Below are positions 13,616 through 27,200 of a DNA stretch of 64,000 nt, piece after piece (positions within the stretch are counted from its first letter, which is position 1; each line of letters opens with the position of its first letter). Location: positions 7,182,047-7,246,046 of the forward strand of contig CM082591.2 in NCBI GenBank assembly GCA_040954595.2, given 5' to 3'. A program made the translations under genes and the position numbers. The notes beneath the pieces were generated by a model, which searched no databases, had not been told where the DNA came from, and worked only from the letters and a program-made list of their open reading frames with translations. The DNA is from Balanoglossus misakiensis (lineage: Eukaryota > Animalia > Hemichordata).

Positions 13616-13885
13616 TCACCCATAGTCATTATGTGCATTTAGGACGATTTTCCATCCATCTTGTTCAGATCAGAATATCCATGTATCAGGCATTCTGGAC
13701 AGTGTATTCACGATGCTATCCATCTTCTAAAGATCTTGGACACAGCAATTACACACCATGTACTTTTTGTGATCTCATGACAAAATGTTCTAAAGAGTTG
13801 GCCGACTGACTTTTGTGAGTCCAATACTTTCCAGAACCTCTCTCACTTCATCATAAGCCTCTGGTTGTTCAATGGTTGGTGGAAT
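13616..13885 (-). pseudogene. Degenerate 270-nt antisense exon (unit A copy)
   Basis: Follows a ttttag acceptor; reads IPPTIEQPEAYDEVREVLESIGLTKVSRPTL*... with in-frame stops. Homologous to 36440-36709 and 60272-60541. Confidence 0.45.
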
Positions 13886-13949
13886 CTAAAATTGAATCAA
13901 AGAAATCAATCATTAGACTTTCATTTCTTTCAAGCTCCAGTAAGCTTTG

Positions 13950-14042
13950 TTAACCCTTTCACCCTCAGTTCCCTCTTCAGAGATCCAACTTTACTATATG
14001 AAACAAAGGGGTTGGACTGAACCATGATGGTGAAAAGGTTAA
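13950..14042. mobile_element. ~90-bp TTAA-flanked piggyBac-like MITE
   Basis: TTAA-CCCTTTCACC...GGTGAAA(A/G)GG-TTAA. Family members at 17893-17985, 60635-60727, 61120-61212 and partial copies at ~13463, ~36291, ~60123. Confidence 0.7.
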
Positions 14043-14162
14043 GAAGCTAAAAATTAGAAGGGTGCCCTCTTTATGAAAATCAAGCCATTCAACCCAGTCA
14101 AAATGCACACGTGGCAAAGAAAGAACAACTGATATGGTTACAGGTGTCATAATATGAACCTC

Positions 14163-14584
14163 TTAGGGATGTACACGCAGAACATAAACCGGAAACACTG
14201 CGTGTCCCGTCTTTTTCCCCATAGGATTACATTGATAATCGCTAGAAAACAAACTTCTACTATTGTCATTTTCACAAAATTTCACACATAGCTCAGTCCA
14301 GCAAATATAAATTCATTGGTCAAATAAAATATAGGGGTCACGGCGCTCTATTTTGAGATAAATTGCGTTAAAAATTTTGCCCATAGACAAACCATTGGTG
14401 AAAAATGCTGAGTCAGCAGATTTCTTCTATTATCGACCAAATTCATAGCTCTGTATTTCATAAACAAGCGCCGTGACCCCTATATTTTATCACGGATTTT
14501 CATTATGTACATACAAAGGAGATCCAAAAATCCACAATTAAAAAAATGACAATACTTTCAATTTTACTGAACGTACATCCTTAA
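14163..14584. mobile_element. Kolobok-like MITE
   Basis: Terminal ttagggatgtac / gtacatccttaa plus internal inverted repeat aaaatataggggtcacggcgct / agcgccgtgacccctatatttt. Confidence 0.6.
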
Positions 14585-14964
14585 TACAAGATTAATTTGG
14601 TATACACAGGGTTCTGCCCAAGTTGACATGAGTTCAGTCTACTCATTAATATTCATTTTCATAAATAATATTGACATAAGCAAATATGGCCGCCACTGTT
14701 GGAAAATGCAAAATACAATGAAAACATCGCATTCCCCATGTTGAAACTTCATAAACAAAGCAAAATCTCATCCACTGAGGTGTACTGCACTGAGACATTG
14801 CATTTTCATTTTTCATTGTAATATTTTTTTTAAATTGCAGCAGTTTTCAACTACTGATATTTATTTAATTTATATGGCCATTTTGTCGTAAATAAGTGTT
14901 ATCTTGATTTAGTATCAGGCTATATAATTTAAAAGACAGAATTAAAAGCACATCCAAGACTTTT

Positions 14965-16930
14965 CAGAGCTTTAGAAATTTTATCGAGTAGCAGCTCATA
15001 TGGCTAGATGCTTTGATCTGGAAGGATTAACTAACTGACTGACCAGTTTGCCACCAATGATCCAACACAGGAACATTCAGTCCCTGTTTTGCCCAGTCCA
15101 TTGTCTCATGGTCACAGTGCTCTCCAGCAACAAACAAGGCACGAAATCTGGGAAGAAATCAGAGAAGGTCACATAGTGCAAGGCGTTCACGTTCAAGCAT
15201 ACACTACAGCATAGCATCATAGACGGCTCTCTAGTTCAGAGAGTTTGTTCAGGGTGTATTTAGCAATACAGTGGTCTGGTGCTCACTGACCATAATATTG
15301 TTGATACCCTCAGAGATTCTAAGGTCACATAGTGCAAGGCGATCACATTCAAAGCTCCATTAGCTGTAACTTTTCGCTATGTTTTCAGGTATTTTTGGTT
15401 TGCGTATCTTCTTAAAACTCAGAAGCATAAGGAAATACCCAGTATCTAGTATGTTAACGCAACCTATACCACCTCTATATAGTGGCCACTTTGTAACAGT
15501 CCCTGTGCAATTAACATGTACATTCATTGACCGGTCAATAAAGGCCAGTTTAGGAAAGTCTCTTTAGTGGCCACAATAGACAGGTTTGACGGTACATGCA
15601 AAGGTATAGGGCTGACTCAGAGAAATTTCTAGAAATCCTCAAATTGACTGAATGCTTATAAAGGGACAAAGTCTCTCTCTGGTTTTCCTTTCTCCATGAA
15701 TTATGTTTGATAAAGACACTGTTTATGTTATTCATCATGTGGATATATAGTGAATCAATGATCAACCACACAAAACTTCCATCCCACTTGTATGGTATGA
15801 GAGTAAAAACTCGCCCAGTATGAATAAATGGTAAAGAATGATTATTCATTTCGGCGAGTTTTTCACTCTCAAACATAATTAATGGTGAAAGGGCGGCGAG
15901 AGAGAGACTTTGTCCCTTTAAAGCTTTACAAATTTTATCGAGTTGCAGCTCATGGGGCTTGATTCTTTTGCCTGGAAGGATTAACTAACTGACTGACCAG
16001 TTTGCCACCAATGATCCAACACAGGAACATTCAATCCTTGTTTGGCCCAGTCCATTGTCTCATGGTCACAGTGCTCTCCAGCAACAAACAAGGCACGGAA
16101 ACTGAAATCAGAGAATTTTAGGTCACATAGTGGAAGGTGATCAAATTCAAGCATACACTACAGCAGTGTTCTCCCCGGAGCACTTAAAGCATGGTGGCCA
16201 CCACTCTTTACTTTTGAGAAGACAATAGAACTTAATTAACATAACAATTAATTATATTGTTATGCAAATTAGCCATCCTCCTTTTCCCAAATACTGGGGA
16301 GAACACTGCTACAGCATAGCATCTTAGACGGCTCTCTAGTTCAGAGACTTTGTTCAGGGTGTAGTTAGTGGTACAGTGGTCTTGTATTCTCTGACCATAA
16401 TACTGTTGATACCTTCAGAGAATCTAAGGTCACATTCAAAGCTACATTCACTGTAATTTTTCGCTATGTTTTCAGGTATTTTTGGTTTGCGTATCTTCTT
16501 AAAACTCAGAAGCATAAGGGAATACCGAGTATCCAGTATGTTAACACAACCTATACCACCTCTATATAGTGGCCACTTTGTAAAAGTCCCTGTGCAATTT
16601 AACATGTACATTCATTGACCGGTCTATAAAGGCCAGTTTAGGAAAGTCTCTTGAGTGGCCACTATAGACAGGTTTGACGGTACATGCAAAGGTATAGGGC
16701 TGACTCAGACAAATTTCTAGAAATCCTCAAATTGACTGAATGCTTATAAAGGGACAAAGTCTCTCTCTGGTTTTCCTTTCTCCATGAATTATGTTTGATA
16801 AAGACACTGTTAATGTTATTCCCCATGTGGATATATAGTGAATCAACGTTCGACCACACACACCTTCCATCCCACTTGTAGACACAAGAGTGAAAAACAT
16901 GCCAAAATGAATAATATTCATTTTGGCGAG
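14965..16930. repeat. Local tandem duplication of ~0.95-1.1 kb
   Basis: ~14965-15870 is repeated at ~15920-16930; the second copy carries an extra 145-bp insert. Confidence 0.8.
16164..16308. mobile_element. 145-bp hAT-like MITE with 6-bp target duplication
   Basis: TIR cagtgttctcccc / ggggagaacactg flanked by ctacag twice. The empty site is visible in the duplicate at ~15204. Confidence 0.75.
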
Positions 16931-17083
16931 ATTTTGACCCTAATATCCTACAAACGGGATGGAAGTTGTGTGTGGTCGAACCTTGATTCACTATATATCC
17001 ACATGTAGAATAACATAAACGGTGTCTTATATCAAACATAATTAATGGGAAAAGGGCAGCAAGACAGAGACTTTGTCCCTTAA
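16746..17083. mobile_element. Foldback MITE (taaagggacaaagtc TIR)
   Basis: Long inverted arms ~16746-16882 vs ~16948-17083; internally deleted relatives at ~15659-15921 and ~61436-61707. Confidence 0.7.
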
Positions 17084-17294
17084 AAAATAATGTTAGTAGC
17101 TGTAGAGTCTTCACCTTTGTAATGGATATCTCGTCATCACTTCACATCGTGGGTCTTCCCGTCTGATGGCACGCAAAGCGGTCGGTGCAGTGAACAACGT
17201 CACCACATCATGTTCCTGTGCAACTCTCCAGAATGCGCCACAGTCAGGGGTGCCTACTGGTTTACCCTGTTACAGCACACACACACAAAAAAGA

Positions 17295-17463
17295 TACTGT
17301 AAAACACTTTATCTTTGCGAGTATTAATGTTCGCACTCTATTATTTCATTCGCTGCGTCGTTATCGTAAAAAATATTACGGGACTTTTTATTTTCACACT
17401 TTTTTGGCTCTCGCGTATTTCGCAAAAAAATTATTGCTCGCGAAAATAAAGTGTTTTACAGTA
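17295..17463. mobile_element. TA-flanked Tc1/mariner-like MITE
   Basis: tactgtaaaacactttat...ataaagtgttttacagta terminal inverted repeats. Confidence 0.65.
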
Positions 17464-20067
17464 ACTTCCTGGATATGATTTTAGAAACCTATTCAAGTGT
17501 GTAAGCAATATATTGCTGTCAAAAATTTTGCAAAATAGTTTACCCAGTATACATTATTTTACTTTCCATACAGATGATACAATAGAGGTACACAATTTTC
17601 AATTTTGCAGAAAACTTGCAAATGATATCATATCATCAGCAGAGGGTGCAAAGGGTTCCGATTACCATAGGGAACAGTTCGAAATGACTAAGATCATGTG
17701 ACGTCGTATTGATGAATCACGATCGAGGGTTCGCTGCATGGTGTGTTATAAAGGGTTCCGATTACCATATTTGCAATGACCTTTAACTGACAAACAGCTG
17801 ATAAATTTAAACCTAGCTTTGATTGATAAAGGAACTGATTATATCATAACTTATATAATGATTTAAGTAAGAAGAAATAAATTAGAAATTGTTTAACCCT
17901 TTCACCCCCAGTTATCACTTTAGAGGTCCAACCTTACCATACAAAATAATGTGTTTGGACTAAACCATTGTGGTGAAAGGGTTAAACAGTCCAACTCAAT
18001 TTGCAGCTGAAGTATTCCCCTCAAACACTACACCCAATGATTGCAAATACAACCTACCTCATAGACAATAGATGTGTTTCCATGCATCAAGGGTCCATAG
18101 CAGATATAGGAATGTCCAACTACCCAGCCGAGATCAGAAGCTGCCCACCAAACCTAGTAGGGAAAATATTGAGACAGAAAGTGAGAAATTGAGAATGCAA
18201 TTAACAGAGTCAACCATCGATGTAATGATTCTGCTAGAAAATAATAGGAGCATCTCATTTCATTACTGTGCGGGTGGATGGATGGTACTTTCCAGCGAGC
18301 AGCTGAAGGTAACTCGAAGCTGCCCACCAAACCTAGCAGGGAAAATATCGAGACAGAAAGTGAGAAATTGAGAATGCAATAAACAAGTTGTTATCACATG
18401 AACTGGCCCTGATCACCACCTGTGTGACGTAGACCAGGACAGATCAAAAATCCAGATCACCCCTGTTCTACGTCATCAACCGGAACTATTTCCATGTTTC
18501 GCCGTAGCTTTGTTGTCAAACAGAAACAGTACGGCATTTAAAATACAGAAATGAAATTTTAAAAAATGACGGTTCCATGACAATATCGCTTTGTAAGCTC
18601 AAAACGGAAAGGTGGAATTTGGAAAGAAGACAGTCGACGCAACGATCATGGACGATCGTGGCTGTCAAAGTTTTGCGTCAAACACAAAATTTACAGAACA
18701 TTTAGATTGGAAATGATGTTTGAACACACAAAATTTATGTCATGACGAAGATGACGCCAAATCTTCTAACTTTGAGTGGAGTGGCAAAAAGTAAAATTGG
18801 TCCTCCCAAACATTGAGATAATTTGCTTTTGAGTTCATAAAAATGCAACTTTGAGCTACATATTTTACAAAATTTTCTTTTGTGGGAGGGGGACACCCCC
18901 TGCCAAACCCACCCCCTCCATTCTTCGCCACATTTCATTTATTGGCTGGTTTGTCTAGTGTACCAGGCCAGACTTCTTGCCACCACATCCCACCGATGTT
19001 TACTTGAAGTGGAGTGGCAAAAGTAAAATTGGTCCTCCCCAACATTGAGTTATTTTGCTTTTATAGAGTTCATTAAAATGCAACTTTGAGCACTGTATTT
19101 TACAAAATTTTCTTATGTGGGAGGGGGACACCCCCTCCCACACCCACCCCGCAACTTTTCTTGTTTTTCCAATTCTAACAACTATTGTATTGACCTGTCA
19201 CTTTAATTTATTCATAGATTTCTTTATTGCAACAATATACTATCATATACTTAAATTACTTTAAGAAATTTATAATTGACGTGCGAGCCTCATTCCCTTT
19301 ATTGCATACAGTGTACATAGGATCAGGACGGCGAAGTTTTTCGGCGTGGGGGGGGGTCATCATATTTTTGGGCCTGTCAAAGGGGGGGGGGGTCATCATT
19401 TTTTGGTCCTGGGTGAAGGGGGGTCGGCCTGATTTTGAAAACCGATGACACAAACTTGCCAACCCCCCATCCCCCCCCCCCCCCCAGCCGTAAAAACTGA
19501 ACGGTCACTTAGGTATGTGCAGAGCTCCAATGGCAAGCGCCATGTTTTATATGAGAGTACAAGGATGGTTTATATCTACACATAGCACCTAGAGACGCCA
19601 TATTGTTTTGTTGGAACTCAATTGGAACACTGCCAAAGCATCATCACAGGGTCATTCGACACACCCTTTTGCCATATATATATAAGCAACAGTGGTGTTG
19701 AGAATCAAATCTTTCCATGTCACTGGGCAGTTCTAGCTGGTTGTACTTAGATGACTGTTCCACATGCAGTCACAGGGCTTCTGAAAACCATGGCAACAAA
19801 CTCAAAAACTGCTTTGACATCATGATATCAACATTATGAATAACCTGCTTAAGTTTGTAAATAAGTTACCAAGGAAACCATGAAAATTAGGTACTATTAA
19901 CACCTGAAGTTGCGGTGAGGATTTTGAAGAGTATAAACACCTTTAGAAGTAAAACTACAGACGACATGCCCCAATAAATCCTCATTCATACTAGCTGTTG
20001 CATTCTATTGTTGACTTGCATACAATGATAAGTAGTCTCCTTTTTTGGAAGTATCACAAACTGAACG

Positions 20068-20319
20068 TTGGTGATAGCGAATGAACTTTGACCTTGTCCT
20101 GACTGTGTCAATAAGTACCTGGGTACAACACAGATATCACATGACAACCCACACGCAGTACTCCTGTACGCCCATAACTGAACTCCGGGATTTTCTGCTG
20201 ATTTTGCCTGATGAGAATCAACTTCCTCCAAAATTTGTGGATCTGTGCATTTATTAATCTACCTGGAAACAAGCCGTGTCCTGTGGGAGGTTCAGCTGCT
20301 CTGTTACAGCTGTCAACAG
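20068..20319 (+). promoter_or_regulatory. Probable promoter / non-coding first exon of copy B (conserved at 45061-45312 for copy C)
   Basis: Marks the 5' boundary of continuous B/C identity and ends in a strong donor CAG|gtatgt. Contains a DR1-type TGAACTtTGACCT at 20082-20094. Confidence 0.4.
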
Positions 20320-20603
20320 GTATGTTGTTGTTTGAAGTTGATCATTTCAAAAGTGCAGGTCCGATTAGTCCAACCCTAAAATTCAACGCACTCTATAGTT
20401 CAGACATTTCTTGATTTGAATATCTGAACAATTAATTTCCTTTGCTTCATACACTCCAAACGTCTGTTTTAATGTATGTACACTGTTGAAGACATTAGAA
20501 CTTTCATATATGAACTTCCATTTGTTCAACATCCCTGGCAGAATAATCCCTCATTTTGTAATTCTGTCGACCACTGTATGAGAATTATTATTTATAGTCA
20601 GGC

Positions 20604-20962
20604 CAGTGGTTCCGTTAACGCGAAATCCTGCGTATTTTACACCTTTCTGACCATAATTACGCACAGACAATGATGGACGCGTACACCAGGACGCGTTGAC
20701 ATTAGCCACTAGAGATAAGGAAATTGTATTGAGCAAGGCTCACAAGCTAAAAATAACTGGACGCGCATGTAACTTTACATTAATGCACAGAAATGTTGAA
20801 ATTTTCACTCAGGCAACATTACAGATTAAACTTTGCAACACTGTACGGTGGTGTTCTGTTACAGGCTTTCAACTTCCTAGGCAATTTTGATACATTTTAC
20901 GCAATGTAAATTCTGAATGCGTATTGAAGTACGCATAGAAAAAAAATCTAACGGAACCTCTG
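20604..20962. mobile_element. hAT-like MITE in the 5' intron of copy B (also ~45598-45959 in copy C)
   Basis: TIR cagtggttccgtta / taacggaacctctg flanked by a gtcaggc direct repeat. Confidence 0.6.
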
Positions 20963-21277
20963 GTCAGGCCACTTCCAATTAACTCCAACTATTCTGTCAA
21001 TCACAGTAGGACATGATGCAACATGCAGACTATGGTTAATATTTAATCCTTCATGTTGTGGCCTGGCTTTACACTGACTGTGACCTCATTTGACCTTTAG
21101 GGAGCTTCTTTACAATCATGTCATATCACGTAGTATACCGGTAGAGTACGCAGTCATGAATATGTCAAAATACTACTGTCAAGTTTTCCCTGAAACAAAT
21201 TTCACCATCACCTACCGGTACATCAGTATTATACCGTACTGTATACTGGTATACTTCTTCCCATCAGGAATGTAATT

Positions 21278-24200
21278 ATGTCAGAACCATCTGCAGCACT
21301 GGTTGTATTGAAATCATGGGACAAGGAGGCAAAGACCTCCCAACCAACTCAAGCTAAAATCAAACATCTCAAAGAAAACACACTCCAGTCTGAGAATGTT
21401 TCTGAATTCCTTTGTACTACCCTTGAAGTTGAAGTTAGTGAAGAACAAGAGAAAGATGCAGAGAGTGTTGGTGCTACTTTGATCCCAGCTACAAAAAGCG
21501 ATTGGTTAGATCTTCATGAAGACCCCCCAGGAGTAAACTGGCTTGTTAACCATGGTACATACTTCCCAGGACTGAAGAAACTGAAAAACATCCAACATGT
21601 AGTCAGATATTCTCCACAGACACACAAAGCAGCCGCAGCAATTCATGAAAGTCTCTTCCCTGAAGCGAAACTTCATCAACTCCAACTTCCCAATCCACCA
21701 CCTGTGGCAGCATTAATGGTCATGCAAACCTGGCAGACAGAATCAGAAGATCAGACAACAACACCAACTAACAAACTTGTCACTGAATTTCGAGAAGAAA
21801 AACTGAAGCCAGATGAAGTTTCTTTATTCAACTGTACTACCCTTGAAGTTGAAGTGAGTGAAGAACAAAAGAAAGATGCAGAGAGTGTTGATGCTACTTT
21901 GATCTCAGCTGTAAGAGACAAGAGATTGGATCCTCATGAAGACCCCCCTGCAATAAACTGGCTTGTTCACCATGATACATACTTCCCTAGACTGAAGGAA
22001 CTGACAAACATCCAACATGTAGTCGGATATTCTCCAAAGACACAGAATGCAGCCAAAGCAATCCACGAAAGTCTCTTCCCTGAAGCCAAACTTCATCAAC
22101 TCCATCTTCCAGATCCACCTCCTGGAGTATTATTTGTGTATGACGACTGGAACAAAGAAGATTGTGGCTTGACTGGGTTTCACAGAACCCTTGTACAAGA
22201 TTTCTGTGCAAGAAAAGTCAAAGAAGAAACACCTGTTAACGCCTACTCCACATTTGTTGGTGTCAAAGTCAGTGATGACCAGAAGGCAGATGCTGCCAAG
22301 TGTCGGGTTACATTGATTCCAGCACAACAACCAGAAGACAACAATGAACCAGAAGATGATCAGCCACATTTAAAGTGGTTGACGAAATATCATGAAACAT
22401 ACTACCCTCACCTCAGACAGCTACAAAACATCAAGTATGTTGTTGGTTATGCTCCAAGAACTGGATTTGCTGCTGCAAATATCAGAAAAAAATTGTTTCC
22501 TGATGCAGAATTAGTGATGATCAACCATGCCTATGAAGAACGCAACTGTCTGTTGAAACAACCAAAAGGGAAGTTTAGTGAAATGATGCTGAAGCTGGCA
22601 AGTGAAGCTGACATCATATTCTCAATTGGTCCAAGCATGTATGAGCATTTCAAGAACGAATACCGGGCTACCTTTGATGGCAGGGAACTACACATGATCC
22701 CTCATGAAGAGATTTTCCCCAGACCTGCTGAAGTCTTTTTCAGAAAAGACCCAACGTTCCTAGATGGAGTGACTACTCACAGCATACTGACATACGGGCA
22801 GATTGATACACAAGAAGCCTTGGACAGATGTGAGACAATAGCAGCTGCTATTGGAAGTGCAGCAAACATGGTGAAAGACTTTCACAACAAACTTCTGAAT
22901 TGGTCAATACGGGGAGCAGGTGAGGCTGAACTGAAGCATATTCTACAGCAGATGAACAGCAATCATGTAATGGCATATCCTCACCCAGATTACTCAGAAA
23001 AGACCTTAATGATATCAGTGCATCAATCTCACAGTTGTCTTCCTGTCTCTGTCTACAAGGACTATCCGTATAGCGGTTTAGAATCTATAGCAGTTGGACT
23101 ACCAACCTATCCTGATGAATATTCCCAGCTTGGAAAGTTAGTCCAGAAATACTTTCCATACTACGCAGACAGATTTGTAGTGTCACACTCATCTGATAAG
23201 ATTTCGGAGAAGATAATATGGAGTGTCAAGAACAGCAGGTCAGCTTTTGAAGAAGCTAAGGAGCTGAAGAAGGCTCTCATGGAGTGTGAAGATGTCAACA
23301 AGAGTTACGCCAAATTCAGCAGTTTGTTGACACCAGAGGAAATAAGGGAACAGGAAGACACAGTTGACCCATATGGCAAGGATATAAATCCTGCAGGTAT
23401 GGGACATTTTAAATATTTTGCCCTCAAGGTTTTTGTTTGGGATGCAATCATGAGGTTTTAATGGTTTTTGATCTGCAAGGCTAGTCAGTGTGCCTGCATT
23501 TCTTAAAGGAACAATTTTCAATCCATGGTTCTCCCATTAGTACGGTAGATTAATTCTCCCCCAACCCAATCGTGGCTTATACTTACTAACCGTGTTTGAA
23601 TTATCACAACATTAATTTACACACTGATCTGAACTGCTTGTCTCCTTAGCTAAAAAAAAACTATCACCATGTGATCGGTTTTGATTAGGCCATGCTCATA
23701 CCAAACAGGAATTCAGATTGATTTGGTGCATGTATGTAATTTATTGTCATTATTGTCTCTGACATAATTGTTATTCTACCTGTCATCATCCATAGATAAT
23801 CCTGCTGACACAAAAATTGCAATCCACATCCAACTGGATGAAAATGTCTACCAGGAGTATCCAGCAGAAAATGAGGGCCAGAATGAGGAAAGGCAACAGG
23901 CAGCATCTACAGCTTGGAACAACTGCAAACAACAGTTGAAGAGAAGAGCATATGATGTGGTATCCAACGGTGATGACACTGAGAAAGTCAAGAAAGTCTG
24001 CACTGAGAATTTGGGTGAAGTGGAAATAACCAATATGAGATCAGAGTCACTGCAAATCACAGCCAACATGCGTAGACTTTATAATCTCTACAGATTGCGG
24101 GGAAGCTGTCTTGAAGATTCAAGAAGTTTAGCCAAGGCATTAGAACCAATCTTGATGACAGATGAAATGACAGAGGCCAACACAGCTGGAATACCACTAC

Positions 24201-27200
24201 AGTTGATAGCTACATATGACCAAGCCAGGTTTGATGAACTGGAACTATTCTTTCTGAACAGTAAGTTTTGTTTATCAGAAACGGCAATAATAAAACTCTC
24301 AGATTATTGATTAAACCAGAAAAAATTGGTTGCAATTGCCTTCCAAAAGAGATAAAAATCTTTCTGAAACATGGTATTTAATTTATCAAGTTGATTTGAC
24401 AAAGATTTCATATCAACATTTCTACTCAATGTACATGTAACTTGTTTGACATATAGATGAAATAGGATAACTTAAATTTTGAATGACTTCTGTGTGTATA
24501 CGTAATTGTTGTAACAGTAACAGATATGATTTCCTAGAAAAAATGTTTTATTTATTATCTTTCAGGAGATGGTGGAGGAATAGGACCAGTGGTATGTAAC
24601 GACAGCGTAGACGATGAATATGTCAATGAGATACTGGCTGAGGTATGCTTTGTAATTTTAACCCTTAAAGTGCCACACCTGACCAATTGCAAGCCAAGCT
24701 GCTCTTGGATGATTATTGTCTTCCAGAGTCATGTTGACTACACAGGTCAATTTATTGTGAGTGCTAAAAAAATATGACAGTGATAGATGCATGATGAATT
24801 TATGCAGTTCATAATGTATCCGGTAAAAGGATAAAGCCTTTTATGCAGCATAACTTCCAATTTCAGGTTGACAGAACACACCTAACTTTGCAACGGGAGG
24901 TTACAGAAAAATATGTTGATATTGAACAGACTGGCCTGAAACAAAGTGAGTAATTTAATATAATTAATAGTCAAGTACTGGAAACATTTGGTACGTACTC
25001 TATTCCACATTTGTTCATCTTTTGACTTTCTGGTCCAGCTGTGATCAGATAACTTGGGCATATATTTTGCTTAGAACACACTGACCACAATTTTCAAACA
25101 AACACTTATATACACAGTGGGGGATATGTGCACACACTGCACATAAGGCTTCATAAATATTCACAGATTAGAATGGATTTTTGTCTTCAACATTTCAGTC
25201 TTTCAAATGCTCAGAGATTGGGCATGATATTTCAAATGCAATCGTAAATAATTACTGACATGAATGGTTTGTTAACAGTTATTCAAATTTTTCTCTTGAC
25301 AATTACACACATATTTGACTTGTCAGTGTACACTTACACTATAATGTCCTGACTTTTTTTTAATCTGAGGGATGATGTAGGAAGGATTTTGTTGTGGCCA
25401 TGATATCTGGTTATGGGTTATATTTTACATTCAACACCGTGAACCACTTATTCTTTCTTCATAACCAGCTTAATTTGATGCTTCATGTGCCAAGACTTAA
25501 AACCTGATTTTGTGTGTATTTTGCAGGTGGGATATTATCCAAGTTGTTGTTCCTTGAGATTGATCCGACACGAGAAATCCAGAAGTCAGCTGACAAATAT
25601 GCACCTCTGATGCTCAACAGTGCGCAGTGTAAAAGACAGAAAGGAAGACAGTGTGACATCATACAACTTACAGTGAAAATGACCGAGAATGTTCAGCATA
25701 TCCTATCTCACAGACCTCAAGTCTTAGAGTTACTAGGTGTTAGAAGGTACCTAATGACTGACACAGAAAGGATGGATTTTAGTGAATCAGGTAATTCACA
25801 AATATGATGCAAACAGCACATTTCCTTTACAAAGGGAAGTATGTTTGCTGCACTTTGTAACAAAAAGTAAATAGGAACATACACAGCTATGCACTGTGCA
25901 ACATGAATGAAACTTTATAATAGTTTTGCAATATTATCATTCTCTATGTGTGATAATTATGGAACTTAATACATGTCCAAGGTTACTTGATATCAATAAA
26001 ATTTATCTACATTCTCCATTTCAGAGTTGGAAGAAGAAATCATACAACATGGCAGACCAATTCATCCTATACCAGCAGAGTCTATCAGCTTACAAGCAAA
26101 AAGCTTACTGCCCTTTGAAGCTAGTGCAAAGCAGCTCAAAGAACTAAAACAACTGTTCGATGGGGCCCTGACAGAGAAGTTCAAAATTCAGACTAAGTCA
26201 GTTGAGAATAAGAGAAAGCTAGTTGGAGAAATCACTAAACTGCAGACTGAGTCAGTTGAGAATAAGAGAAAGCTAGTTGGAGAAATCACTAAACTGCAGA
26301 CTGAGTCAGTTGAGAATAAGAGAAAGCTAGTTGGAGAAATCACTACACTGCAGACAGAGAAAATGATTCTAGAGAATCAGTTGAAAGAAGCACTTCAGGA
26401 AAAGTCACTCTTAGAAGAGCAGTACAAACAGAAACTTGCAAGTGTTGAGAAAGTAGCCTACACACAACTTATGGATGTCATTTCCCTGAAGCAAAGATTG
26501 AAAGAATCAGACCCTAGAAACATCCAAGAGTTCGAATGTAAACTTGAGCAACAAGAACAAACCATAACTGAGCTAAAGTCAAAATTATCCAAAATCCAGG
26601 ATGAGCAATCTGACACTGAGCTGCAACTGAAAACTGCTAAAACTCTTCAACTGGGAGAAGATGCAAAATTGGAAACTGAACAAGGTGAGATTGATATAAA
26701 TCTGCTTCGATTATTCCTGCATCAAAATCTTCCAGCTCATATAGATTATAAAAAAATGCCAGTTTTCATTGTTGTAAGAATTATAACCAAGTACTTAACA
26801 TTTAATTTCAAATATTTGTAGGCAAACTCACACCATCTGATGTGCCTCTCAAGAAAGATGACACAGGAGACATATCACCTGTAACCATGGCTACAAAAGA
26901 TGAAGATGAGCCTGTGAAACCAGCATCAATGCAACCTGAGATGGCATCAGAAGAAACAGGAGCAGAGAAAGCCAGACATCCACAACCAGAGACAATGGGA
27001 AAAGAAGACACTGAGGCTGTGGCCAAGATGACGGAAGAAGGAGTCGATGGAACTGAGACTACGGGTAGTCAAGAGATATCTGAGGATACAAAGGGAGCCA
27101 GTGTTTCAGCAGAATCTTCTAAAACAGATTTATCAGGTATGTCCATTACATCTCAGTGTTGGAAAACAACAGTTAAGTACATATCAGTATGCTGATACTA

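Noticed and set aside
18137-19150. Short local duplications (~65 bp at 18137/18316; ~145 bp at 18775/19007) and G/C homopolymer runs
   Set aside because: Look like ordinary repeat-derived intergenic sequence with no supportable function.
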